64,000 nt of DNA from Dimorphilus gyrociliatus. Its lineage: Eukaryota > Animalia > Annelida. The position numbers were made by a program, and so were the translations under genes. The stretch is from assembly GCA_904063045.1 (NCBI GenBank), contig CAJFCJ010000023.1:248001-312000 (forward strand), read 5' to 3'. The notes under the pieces were generated by a model. That model did no database searches, was not told the DNA's origin, and saw only the letters and a list, made by a program, of their open reading frames with translations. Positions 1 through 11,800 of this stretch are shown in pieces; positions within the stretch are counted from its first letter, which is position 1; the number at the start of each line of letters is the position of its first letter.

Positions 1-2
1 AA

Positions 3-616
3 GCATGCCCTTTGAACTACTTAAAGAAGAACAGACAAATCATTTGGACACTTCCAACCAATCACCAAGCTATTTCAGATTTATTTAAATATAGAGTCGC
101 TGAAATCAGACTAAATTTTGTTGGTGCGAAGAAAACTGGTCAAAACTCTAAATTGAAGGTTCAAATCGAAAGTAGCGGTGACTTTAAAGGACGCTCGAAG
201 GATGCTAGCTATAATTTTATAACAAGAGCTCTAAGATTGACATACGAATATGATTTGGATACTTGTAAGTAGAAAACACAATATTATTTCCATTGTTGAT
301 AAATAACATTATCAAATATATAATTAAACGCTTTTCTTCTTCTTCTATCCAATCTTTTAATAATTAATGAAATCAATTTGAATATCTTAATCATTGGCTT
401 TCTTTTTTTATAGCTGAAATTTCTATCCATGCCGATGTCTACAGACCATTTAGAAATATTGTTAGTCATATAACTCCTTATACAACATGGATCCTGAGAA
501 TATCCGATGATAGAAGTCGTGATATAGACCTTTCAGAAGTAACAGAATTAAGAATGAGACTCGACGGAAGTGCTGTTGATGGTGAAAATAAGAAGTTTAT
601 GCAGTCACAAAATTAA
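3..616 (+). CDS. 3' end (last two exons, <1-264 and 414-616) of a large protein with a Tc-toxin-A-like C-terminal beta-domain signature; 5' part lies outside the window
   Basis: Frame is open from base 3: ACPLNYLKKNRQIIWTLP...FKYRVAEIRLNFVGA...KVQIESSGDF...YNFITRALRLTYEYDLDT. Donor GTAAGT at 265 and acceptor ttttttatag at 413 join in phase 1 to SEISIHADVYRPFRNIVSHITPYTTWILRISDDRSRDIDLSEVTELRMRLDGSAVDGENKKFMQSQN* (TAA 614-616). The TP(F/Y)TTW...DLS.v..l.l.l.Gs ending recalls the C-terminus of TcA-like/uncharacterised secreted proteins; the family call is from memory, not a search. Confidence 0.75.
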
Positions 617-1932
617 CTAGCATATATATCTTCATAATCCAATAATTATTACGTTCCACTTGTAAAAGTATAATAAATATCCATTTAATTGCTGCAAAAA
701 ACAAAATAACATATAGAAAGAGCAACAACGCATAATAACAAGTTTATTAATAATAATCATATTAATAATAATCATCATCATTATCGTCATTTGTCCGTTT
801 GAAACTATTTTTGTTATTAAGAAGAAAAATCCTTTGGGTAGTTTATTTCTATTATTTATCTCTACTTTCAAATAAAAAGAAGAGAAATCTTCATTAAAGT
901 TTGCCAGAAAAGAAAGAGGAACGGGTATATAATGTTTATAATACAGTATATATACAGTATATATATTAAATCTATATATATATTTATTACAAATTGCATA
1001 AAAAACATCTCATTTTTGTTTATATAAGAAATAATAAAGTCTTTTCTTTTAACAATTTTATTAATCCCCTGTAGCTTTTAAGAATTTTTTTCCGGATTAG
1101 GGATTAGGGGCTAATCTTATTCTAATTTTTCTAGATAAAACTTCTTTAATTAATAAACCTACAGTATTTGAATAGGAATAGGTCATATAAGATATTTTAA
1201 TGTGAATACGTCATTAAAATAAACAGGTAATTAAGATTGAAAGAGTTGAATACCTTATGAAAAGCCAAGAAAAAGGAAAATTTCTCCAAGGGAATAACAA
1301 GAGCAATGATAATTAACTAATGAAAAACGTATTTTCTTAATTATAATACTCTAATACAATTACAGTATAATTAATTTATGTCTAAATTTAATAGAAGAGT
1401 TTGAATGAAGGATGGAAGATAAAATATATAGTAATAGTAAGCATAATAGCTATATGCTCAAGTATTCGTATACTTTAATTTTTTTATTATGGCTACAGTT
1501 AGAAGCCTATTGGAACTTGTCCATCGGAAGGCAGACCTAAATCTTCATATCCCATTCTTATCTCGAGTAAAAATAGTTTCGCTAACCAAAGCTTTAACTG
1601 AACCTGTTAATCTTAATTGGACACTTAAGATACAAATTTGCAAAGTCACATACGTGTGTTATCCTTCCTTTATGTATTAATATTAGTCTTTTTTATTTCT
1701 TGGTGATACGTTCGTTTAAAATATTTGAAGTATATATGACTAATTTAAATATTTATGTTTTTGGTTTAGGCTTTGATTTTAATCTTTTGTCTTGAAAATA
1801 ACGAAGACATTAATCATATCATGAAATATAACAGATAAATCTATCTATAGGCAAGCTTAGACCTTATAAAGTTAGCAGAGAAATAATTCATTATACTTTA
1901 ATTACTTCAAAATGGACTTTATTTTTATATAG

Positions 1933-4900
1933 GATTCTAGATTAAAAATAGAAAGTTCTCATTCTAAAGACAAAGGGAATGTTATTGCTTAAAAATTTAA
2001 TGAATAGAAGAGATCAAAGCAAAAATTAAACTTTTTTCTGTAACGTATACAATTATTTCTCTTTCCCTATTGCGAAGAATATCTATTTACTTCATTGATG
2101 GTTTGATAAGACTTAAAATTGAACCGAAATTCCTATAACGGCTAACCAATGAACTAGCTGTTTATTTACTTTTAAATGTATTAGAAAACGACGATGTAGC
2201 TCAAATAATTAACAATAACGTGCTCGATAATTTGACCGAAATCAACGAACGATGATGCTTTCTAAAACAAAAGAATTGGATCGACTGTTAATGATTTTCG
2301 TCTCTATTATCAATATGCCATTAGCCTATGTTGCGAATCATTTAGCATTCTTAAAACTAAATAAATGTCAACTGTTAATGTTACTCATTAAAATTTGCCA
2401 GCTTCAATACAATTCCCTTGGCGAATTCAATACTTTTAAAAAAATTTGAAGCGGATTTGTTGTGATACCTCATCTGATTCTGCATATTGTGTTGATGTGA
2501 GCAAAATTACATTGAATGCTTCAATGATATTGAAAATGATAGCGTATCGAAGCTAAAAAATGGAACAAAGATACTGTGAGCGCAGCTTTTGATTGTGTCC
2601 AAAAATATAAATATGACAGCTTCTTATTCGCTGGTGTACGAGATGGCATTGGTGCAAAAATAAAGTAGCAACTGCCAAAGGAAATGCTTGTCAAAATTCA
2701 AAGGATGCTATTGTTACAAAGATTTTCTCCGATTTCCTTCCCTTAAAAACTGTGGTCTATAGGAGATGCTAGTGAAGTAGCATCATTCCTCAGTTAAAAT
2801 ATGAATGCAAAGATAAAGTCGTTACAAATGTAATAGCAAGATTTGATGATGACAATAATAGAATATAAATTATAGTTACATATTAACAATTAAATATTAT
2901 TATTACTTTCCGAATTGTAAATATTTATTTTATTTCTTTAAAAAACACATAGAAAGAAGATAACGATGACTAATAGTAATAACTAGTTCTTTTTCCATTT
3001 GATGTTGCTTTCTATTGTTTTGTTGTTTAGAGAGATTTGTTTACGCTTTAATTAAAAAACACAAATATTCATAGAGTTTCACGAAAGGAATAATATATGG
3101 TATTTTTAATATACATATCATTGTATAAATGTAGTCGTGTTAATGAATATGAACGTAAATCTAGTTGAATAAGGTTTTATTTTTAAATGAAATGTTAATA
3201 ATCATAATTAGTTATTTGAGTATTAAATTATATACAGTATATGTATTTCTGTAGCTTAAATTCAACATAATTTATATTAGTGTAGAATGATTATAGCTTA
3301 TATTACTTGTTTTATTTAGGTTGTAGAAGTGCATAAGTAGTCTGATAATATGAGCAATAACACTGATTCTTTATAGTTTATATTAAGAAAATTAATTAAA
3401 ATATTTTGTATTATTTCTGGCCATGATATGTTTGACAAAACATTTATAATACTCTATACATAGAAAAGTATATTTACATCATATTTAATACAATATCAGT
3501 TTTTTAATCAAGTTGATCTTGTTATGTGTAGAATGATGAATATTTTTACATTTACGCAGAATTTGTTAACATTGATCTAACATTGTGACAAAAAACGCTT
3601 TAAGCCAAATATTTACAACTAGGATCATTCTCTTTTCTTTTATTATTGTAAAGAAACGCCTATAAGTATTAGCACCTTCTTTGTTCTTTACAGATAATAG
3701 ATTTCAATGAATAAACTCTGTTGTTAAGTCTTTATTTTCATTTCGGAAAGTTTGCAAGAAATTCATCTGTTTAGTTCTCTCGTTCCAGATTTATGAATGG
3801 CGTTTAGACTATATCATACCGACCAGTTAGTTATGAATGGTAATTGCATTCTCCTTGTTTTTTCCTTTTATAAAAACGTGTTTAAAAATATTTTTGCCTG
3901 ATCAGGGAAATGGAGCTTTCCGTAAAACTCTTAATCATTAACTTGACAAGAGGAAATGATACATTCTGAAGAGAGGAAAGAATAGGCTGCTTTTGAAATT
4001 ATTTTCTCTATCTTTTCCTGTTGGTGAAATTTCGTATAGTGGTTCAAGTCTTAACATGACTTGAAAAGTTAATGGAAGTCGCCAATATTTGGCTCAAATA
4101 CAAGCTAATTGGGAGAGTAAAATGATCAAAGTTCTCTTTTAGTCTATTTCTAGTTGTATTATTTCTTTTTTATTAAAGTAAAATTAGTATTGACTAAATC
4201 TCGATCAATACCTGATGCAGTGTGCATTTCCTGAAATATATCAAGGATTTAAAGCCGCTTAAAGCATACACTTTATCACAATTGCATATTTAAAGGTTAG
4301 ATTAGATTGTAAAATATATATGTATATATATATATACAGAATATACGTATAATGGATAACTATCAATTTTTTGTTCAATCTTGACTTCTCTATTCTTTGA
4401 GGCAAAGTTGTAGGGTGATTTAAAAATTTAATAAAATTACAGAGAAGACTTTTTTAAAGAAGAATCAATTGGTTATCTAGAAAAGAATCTTTTACATCCC
4501 TATAGTTAGGATGAAAACAATAGAGATTTAGTATTAATTTACCATTACTTACAAGAGAAGGTAAGAAATATGGCAATATCAGTAAAAGAAATTTTATACA
4601 AGAAAAAAATAGATTACCCATATAGGAATAATATAAGAATATTACATATATACTGTATGCAGTATATTTAATATACTCTATAGGTATATATATATATATA
4701 TATATGATTTATTGCGTGAAACTTTGTACATGTCCCTTGAAAATAGACATGTAGAATACAATAGATAATGAATAATAAATAATTTAATAAGATTACTTTT
4801 TTTATGATTATCGTATTTTCTTTTTTACCTTGTTTTTTTATACTTTATAGAAATTCTGAAAGATATAAGATATAAACGCAACGAATCTAAATATTCATTG

Positions 4901-5510
4901 CAAAACAATACTTCTTTAGAGCTACAACAGCAAAATCCTTAAAGATAAAATTGATAAGCTGTATCTAATTATTCCTAACTTATGGTAGAATAAGCAATTT
5001 TAATGTTTAACTAGCTGTTGCCCATTTGCAAATAATTAGACTTTGAAATATTCTTTACACGCCCACCCATTTCCATCTATCAAATCATTAAAACAACAAA
5101 AGTTTATCTAGAAAACAAACAAAACTACTCTTATATAATTATCTTCTAAGATATTACGTAATTATGAAGAAAAAAGAATAACTTTTAAGATAAGAAGGCT
5201 ATATTAGGGTGATAAATAAAGTAAAAGATTATTATCTTGATGAATATTCACTAAAACTGCTTGCATAAATTAACAATTCAGTTCATAAAAAGGCAAATAT
5301 GAAGCATATTTTAACCCGTCTTTTTTCTTTTACGATAGAGAACGAAAGGGATTTTGTCAATTTATAAACGAAATATGAACAATATGATAGAGAAGAATTT
5401 TCTGCCAGTGATTTAGTCCCGTTTAACGTTGATTTCTTATTAATATAAAGACGAATGTTTATCCATCTTATCTTACAGTTATACATGTCGAAATAAATAA
5501 ATATATAATA
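1933..5510 (+). pseudogene. Probable decayed multi-exon gene (interrupted plus-strand reading frames)
   Basis: Several protein-like stretches are broken by isolated stops: 2080-2256 (IYFIDGLIRLKIEPKFL*RLTNELAVYLLLNVLENDD...), 2515-2772 (Cys-containing, two frameshifts), 3897-4141 (SFPVGEISYSGSSLNMT*KVNGSRQYLAQIQANW), 4197-4295 (NLDQYLMQCAFPEIYQGFKAA*SIHFITIAYLK|gttag), 4443-4560 (EDFFKEESIGYLEKNLLHPYS*DENNRDLVLIYHYLQEK|gtaag) and 5195-5500. Splice phases do not join cleanly and no family is recognised. Confidence 0.33.
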
Positions 5511-6249
5511 AATATATACAGCATGCTGCATTTGCAAAGTGTGATATATTTATGATATACTTATTGAAAGATATATATATATATATATATATTTATAAAT
5601 TCATACAGTACATATATATATATATATATATATACACTTTGCTTATATTGATAATGATATCTATTGCATGTATAATTCGTTTATTGATATACTGTATAAT
5701 AAAATCTAAATTAAAACGTAATAGAAATAAATAGCATACAAATAACAAAAACAACAATTTTGAAGGAGAACGTTTAGAACGAAGACATAACATCAAATTT
5801 TTATTTTAACTGATATTTTTGATATAATTTTCTTATTATATGTACATACATTCTTCTATAAATATTACACTAATACATTAATATTTATGGTCAAGTTTTA
5901 CTTGAATTTCTTATTAATTTATTACAATTCAATTAAAAATACTTAAACAAAACTTTAAGAAGGCTATGAATACTAGAATTTTAGCTATAATCGTTAATTT
6001 TCAAAGTATTTGATGTAAACATGTAACAGGAAAGAGAAAACTTTGAACAATTAGGTTATTGACTCTTTAAGAAGTTTGATTAGTGTGTTGATTGTGCGTC
6101 AACTATGTTAAACGATAATAATGTAGATTTTTATCAACGACACTTTATAAAAAGGTTAAAGAGAACGATCGCGAACTGTTTTAAAGATATTCCTCTGAAC
6201 CATAGGAGTCAACGTTTAAATTGTTTTGCGTGCAGACGAGCTAAATGAC

Positions 6250-6392
6250 AGAGAAAGAGAAAGAGAGAGAGAGAGAGAGAGAAAAGAAGAGAATGGAAAT
6301 ATAACAAAGTACAAAAGAAAAAGAATGCGTACAGCTAAACAGACAAAAAGATAGACAGATTGATAGATAGATAGATAGATAGATAGATAGAC
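6250..6392. repeat. (GA)n and (GATA)n microsatellites
   Basis: gagaaagagaaagagagagagagagagagagaaaag at ~6250-6290; gatagatagatagatagatagatagatag at 6362-6392. Confidence 0.95.
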
Positions 6393-7037
6393 AGCATAAT
6401 GAAAGTTTAAGTGAAAATGGATAGGGAAAATGAGCAAAGTATATATTAATTAAATTAATAAAGCCATGTTTTTCTTATAGTTTTTCTTCTCTCCAACAAA
6501 CAAATATCTTTATTTCATTATTTCAAAACCTTTAAACAGCTTTTCTCGTTGTTTTTTCCTTGCTTATTAAACAAAAAGTATTTGTATATTTCTATAGACC
6601 AACTTATAATCAGACATCTATCTATTGCTAAAGCGATAGAAATTATATCTGCTCTTAAAGTTAATGCAAATTATTTTATCTCTCTTTTGCTTTACAAGTA
6701 CAACTCGATAAGTCGTCACTTTGCTTCAAGACACCGTGCGAATAACTTTTCCAGACCGTATTTATCTTACTTTTTTTTCTTTTTATTTTTTAGTTTTTTG
6801 TTTATCATTACAACTATTAATTAAATAAATTACGAGTAATTAATTAATTAATTAATAGGAGAAGAAAATAAATAATAAAATTTTGTAAAACATTCTGATC
6901 GTCAGTCTAATAGTAAAAGGGGACAAGTCTAGTCCAAAGAATTTGGACAAAGGATAAAATTTAACTTTGAATATATTCTATCTCGCTTAAGTCTTTTAAT
7001 TGAAAATATTCATTTAATTACATCATTACTTAGAAAA

Positions 7038-7259
7038 ATGGCTTCTCAAAAAATCTTCTTAATGGTTTGTCTTCTATACTGCGTTATCAATCTGGGAAAT
7101 GCAGCAAGTCTAATCTCTACATGTTTTAAAGAAGCAAGGCGTGTAATGCCACAACCGGCTTACAATAATTTTCGTCAAATAGTAGAAGCAAGCTGCAAAA
7201 GTACTGATTGCTGTCTGAGGCTGATTTACTCATTTATGGGCAACAGTTTGAAAAGTTGA
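7038..7259 (+). CDS. Small secreted cysteine-containing peptide (73 aa, single exon, orphan)
   Basis: ATG in aaaaATGg context. Typical signal peptide MASQKIFLMVCLLYCVINLGNA, then a 51-aa mature part with C-x23-C-x4-CC. ATTAAA/AATAAA follow at ~7354-7369. Confidence 0.72.
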   Translation: MASQKIFLMVCLLYCVINLGNAASLISTCFKEARRVMPQPAYNNFRQIVEASCKSTDCCLRLIYSFMGNSLKS

Positions 7260-8819
7260 TTTTCCATTTACAATTAAAGCACTTTTATGTTATATGTACT
7301 TATTATATAAAATCTCTTTAACTTATTTTAATAGTTTTTGTCTTTTCATCCTATTAAAAAGCGAATAAAGAATTTTCGAATTTCGCCTTTAAAGGATTTC
7401 TTATGAACAATTCTAACTTATATTAACTATCGTATCATATATAATTGGTTTGTCGGTTGTCGTTGATTATATTACATCAATTCTAAGACTTTTAATACTC
7501 TGGGATATTCTTAGAACAATTATCAATTATCCTAAATGACTTTAGCCTTCAATTATATTACAGTATATTAAATATAGTCATTTTTTCACTCTATTATTGC
7601 CTATTTTAAGAAGATGGAAGAGAGAAACTAAGCAAAAATTGAAAGAAATTTATAAACAAAAGAGAAAATTGTGAAATATGGAAAATTCGTTTTTTCTTTA
7701 TTTCTTTTCAATTCAAAACTGTTTTTATTTGAGAAGAGAATGAAAAAAGATACTAATTGAGTATTCTCCTCCTTTTTAAAAAAAGATAATGAGAATACTA
7801 TCGACATTTAAACAATGTATTTAGCCTATAAAATGTAAATTATTTCGATATATTTTTTTTTCAAGGTAATAAAAAGTAATCTACATATATACTGCATATA
7901 TATATTAATATTATAATAGATATACGCAATCGCCATCCGCCGATGAAGATATTCTATAAATATTCTATTTTATTACAAGGTTATAAGACAATCTCTTTCA
8001 TCAATTAATGTATAATTTTCATGTATTATAATATAACATAATAGGGTTTTCTTTATAGTTATTTCTTTGCATTTAAAACAGTTTTCATATAATACTTTGT
8101 CACTTTTCCCATCCGAAATGATTTTGAAACAATTCGATTAAGACTAATTAATATTCATAAACGATTTAAATATAGATATATTTCCCTCTTACTTTCGTAT
8201 AAGCACATAAAAAGAAAAACATTCTTTTGGTAGACTTTTCTTTTTATATAAAATAATGGAATGCTTTTTTCTCATTTAAATATAAAAGAAATAAAATTAT
8301 ACGGTATCTATAACTATTTACAATTTTCCTTCTCTTTTTTCAACAATGGCTCTTCTCTCATCTTTCTTCACCCTCTCGTCATTCTTCTCCGCCTTCTCCG
8401 CTCCTCTTTGTATAATCTATTTCAAATCTATTACTTGAGATTTTTTATAAAAATCTCTAAAAAACAACTTTCAATAAAATAGTATCAGCATAGAAAAAGA
8501 AAGCATAATTAATCTAAGTTGTTTACGTAATTAAAACAACAAATAGTATTATCGATACGTATCCATGGTAATAAAGTAGAAACAATAACATATATACAAA
8601 TATACAGAAATAATAAAATTTAATGGCAAGAGCAAAAATTTGACCGTAACTTCCTTCATTTTCAATTTGAATATCACCACTCTTCTTCTACTAGAAACGT
8701 AGATCTTTCCTTCTCTCTTCTTATCTTCTTGTCAAAATGAAAAAAGTTACAGTCTAGTTACCGAAAATTATTTTTTTTGCTTTGTTATCTTTGTTTGTTT
8801 GTCTATATTTGGATAGCAA

Positions 8820-11800
8820 TCAGTTCGAACTAAACCAGTAGATGGCTATAGGTAATAAGCAAGTAAAAGCAGTCCTGGAGGGGGCGCTGTTTTCTGGTGG
8901 ATGCTCTACGTTAAAGATTTCGGATCGTCTACCATCGTTATATTTCTCTTTTTTCTTTTTAACACCTTCTTTCTGCTTCTTTCTTCTGCATTTTCCTTTA
9001 GGAAATAAGAAAATGAAAACATATTATCATCTCACTTTTTTTATGTTTTTATATAGATAAATAAGTAAAATTGCGTGTATTTTGGGTGAAACGCCATCTG
9101 TCAAGCGATTATATTAACAAAACCTACTTGGATTTAAGTGGAAAGTCATGTTGACCGGTTTTCCAAAGATATGAGGCGCATTCATATTGCATTCCCTCTT
9201 CGTCTTTATCGTCATGATGTTACCCTTTTCTGTGATTTGCTGTTAAGATAAATAGATTTATTTCCTTCATTTGTCGACTAATGAATTTGGTATTCCTTGA
9301 TTAAAGGACAGTTTATTAGCATTCATAGCAGCTGTCTCGGAATAAAAAAACAACATCCTTCAAATATTCTCGCTCTCTCTCTCTCCTCTCTATCTTTCGC
9401 GCTCTTCGAATTTTAAAGAGAGGGGATTTGTTCCGTTCAAGAGAGCTCACTTTTGCAGCTAGCCTTACTCTCTTACAATGACATTTATAATTTTTATACT
9501 TCATTATATATTAGTGCTAAGCATATACACTTCATTAACTGTATATAAATTGTCTACATATGTCATACATGTAAATAATAAATCCTAGTTTGAGTTTTTA
9601 AGCGTCTAATCAAACAAAAGCAAAGTATTTTACAAAAGAAAATAATCAGTCATCGCGACAGCGCCAGCTGTAATACAGTATGAATATTTAATAAGCTACA
9701 AACCAGGCAATTTCGAACACCATTCCTTTCTTCTGCTTCGCCAACGAGAACGTAACGATGGCCGCCGTGATGCCATGAAGCATAACACTCTAATCTTCTT
9801 GCTAAATCCAAAGAAAACAATACGCACGCGGCTTTAGTGTAAATAGGATTTTTTTTTACACAAGTTCTAGTACTAACCTTCACACATAGTCGCTATAGTA
9901 ACGGCGTTTTGAGATAAGCAAGCGTTCAAATTTGATTTGCAATTGTCCTTCTCATTTTCAGCATCTGTGTAACGACCTCGCGATAGGCATTCAACTGGGC
10001 GAGCATGTTCGGCTGTTGTTGTAGAAGAAAAAAGGATATGCTTATTATCATGTATATGCAGCATATAGAATACACAATATATGATCATTCCCTTTCAGCA
10101 GTCATTCTAGTTTCTAGCATCCTTGACTGATAAACCCTCAAAGAATACTCTAAAATTATCATTATGTATACTGGGAAATAGAATATAAACAGTTTCAAAT
10201 TCTCCCTATTTCTCTCTTTCTCCCTCTCTTTCTCTCTTTCAATTCTCAAATAGAAACCGAAACACAAGAGACCTAAAGTGAAAATTCGACTAAATTCATT
10301 TAAATTAATAGCTATTTAACACCAAAATCAATTTTAGCGACCAAAGGAGGTTTTGGTCTAATTTCATCAATTCTATGAAATAAATTTCCCATTAATTTGG
10401 GGCTTTTTTGAAGGATGAATAAACCTAAATAGGCGGATGAGCGACGGCCAGATTATATAAATTAATAGCTAATTTCAAGAATACAGCGTGGGGTTTAGCA
10501 GTACTGGATGGATATATATATATATATAGTATATTATATACAGTCTGTATACTATACAGTCATATAATATGTAATTTAAACAATCTTAGACTAAATAGAT
10601 TTCTTTCTTTCTATTATTGCTTCATTTTTTGCAGTTACTTCATAATAAGTCTCTTGCGTCTAGCAGCTTCATTCTTTATAAACAATACAATTGTCCCAGA
10701 GAGAGAAAAGGGAGAGCAGATAGTCGTACAGTAAAATTGATATAAAAAGAGATAAACAGGAGAAATCATTTAAGGAATAGACAAAGATTTGTTTGTATAT
10801 AAATCCAACACTAATTTGTCTTGTCAATCCACAAGAATTGATAATCCTATACGACCTCCATTCTTCTATATATCATTATGTAAATAAAATGAAAAAAAGC
10901 GGGGGACAAATTTCCATTTTCCATTCTTTGTTATAAATAAAAGAATAATATCTATAATCTCTTCGACTAACCCTCAGAGTTATATATGTAAATTACCTAT
11001 AATATATAATCTATTAATATTTATTATTCACCTAATAAGATCTTCTTTTCGGCATTCTTTAGTGAAATTTCACACTTCCATCTATCATATTCGGGTAGAT
11101 CCTTCCCGATCAACAATTCTATCATGTTGTCATTTCGACGAATCACTTTGATGCAATGCATGATCGGATTGCTAAAAGAGAGAAAAGAAAGATATTAATC
11201 ACCGATTTAATCAATGCCTTTAATATCCTAATGTCCCAATAGAAAATAGAGGGAAAGAGATTAGGGGCGGGTTGAGGTGAAAGCGAGACGATAAAAGATG
11301 AGGCTAAAGGCTCTCCAATGGCATTTGATTGATAAGCAAAAGGTGTTGAAATCTCTTTTCTTCTTTGTTTCTCATGTAAAAGACGGGAAAGACTGCGGTA
11401 AAGAGGATTGATGAAGCTTTCAATAAAAAAGTCTTATTCGATTAAGGTAATTGGGGGACTGAGTTTTCTGGCATGCGATAGATGTTTACGTGTCGCGCCC
11501 CCTTGATGTCTTTTAGCATACGGTTTTAGCCTACTTCCTAGTTGGTCCTTGGGGATTAGTGGTAGCAGTAGGCTAAGAGTAAATGGTCGGTGGGTAGAAC
11601 TAGAGTAGTAATAACCTTATTTAGGCAGCAGTATTCTACCTATGTGCCTAGTGTTGTATTCGAATTCCAATGTAGCTTTTTTATTGCATTTTTGTTAGAG
11701 AAAATAGCGTTTTTTTCCCTTTCATAGTTTGCTAGTAAGTAAGCATCTCGTTCATAAAGAAGTAAAGAAGTTATCAAGGATAGAGTATCAAGGGTAATAT

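Noticed and set aside
1095-1110. TTAGGG-like words (also 14401-14425 on the minus strand)
   Set aside because: Only two or three imperfect units; not an interstitial telomeric array.
1499-1603. Minus-strand terminal-exon-like stretch VQLKLWLAKLFLLEIRMGYEDLGLPSDGQVPIGF*
   Set aside because: No upstream exons or recognisable family found.
7381-7400. tttcgcctttaaaggatttc, resembling U5 snRNA loop I
   Set aside because: The invariant loop is incomplete (TACT missing), there is no Sm site or stem, and it lies in a 3' flank.
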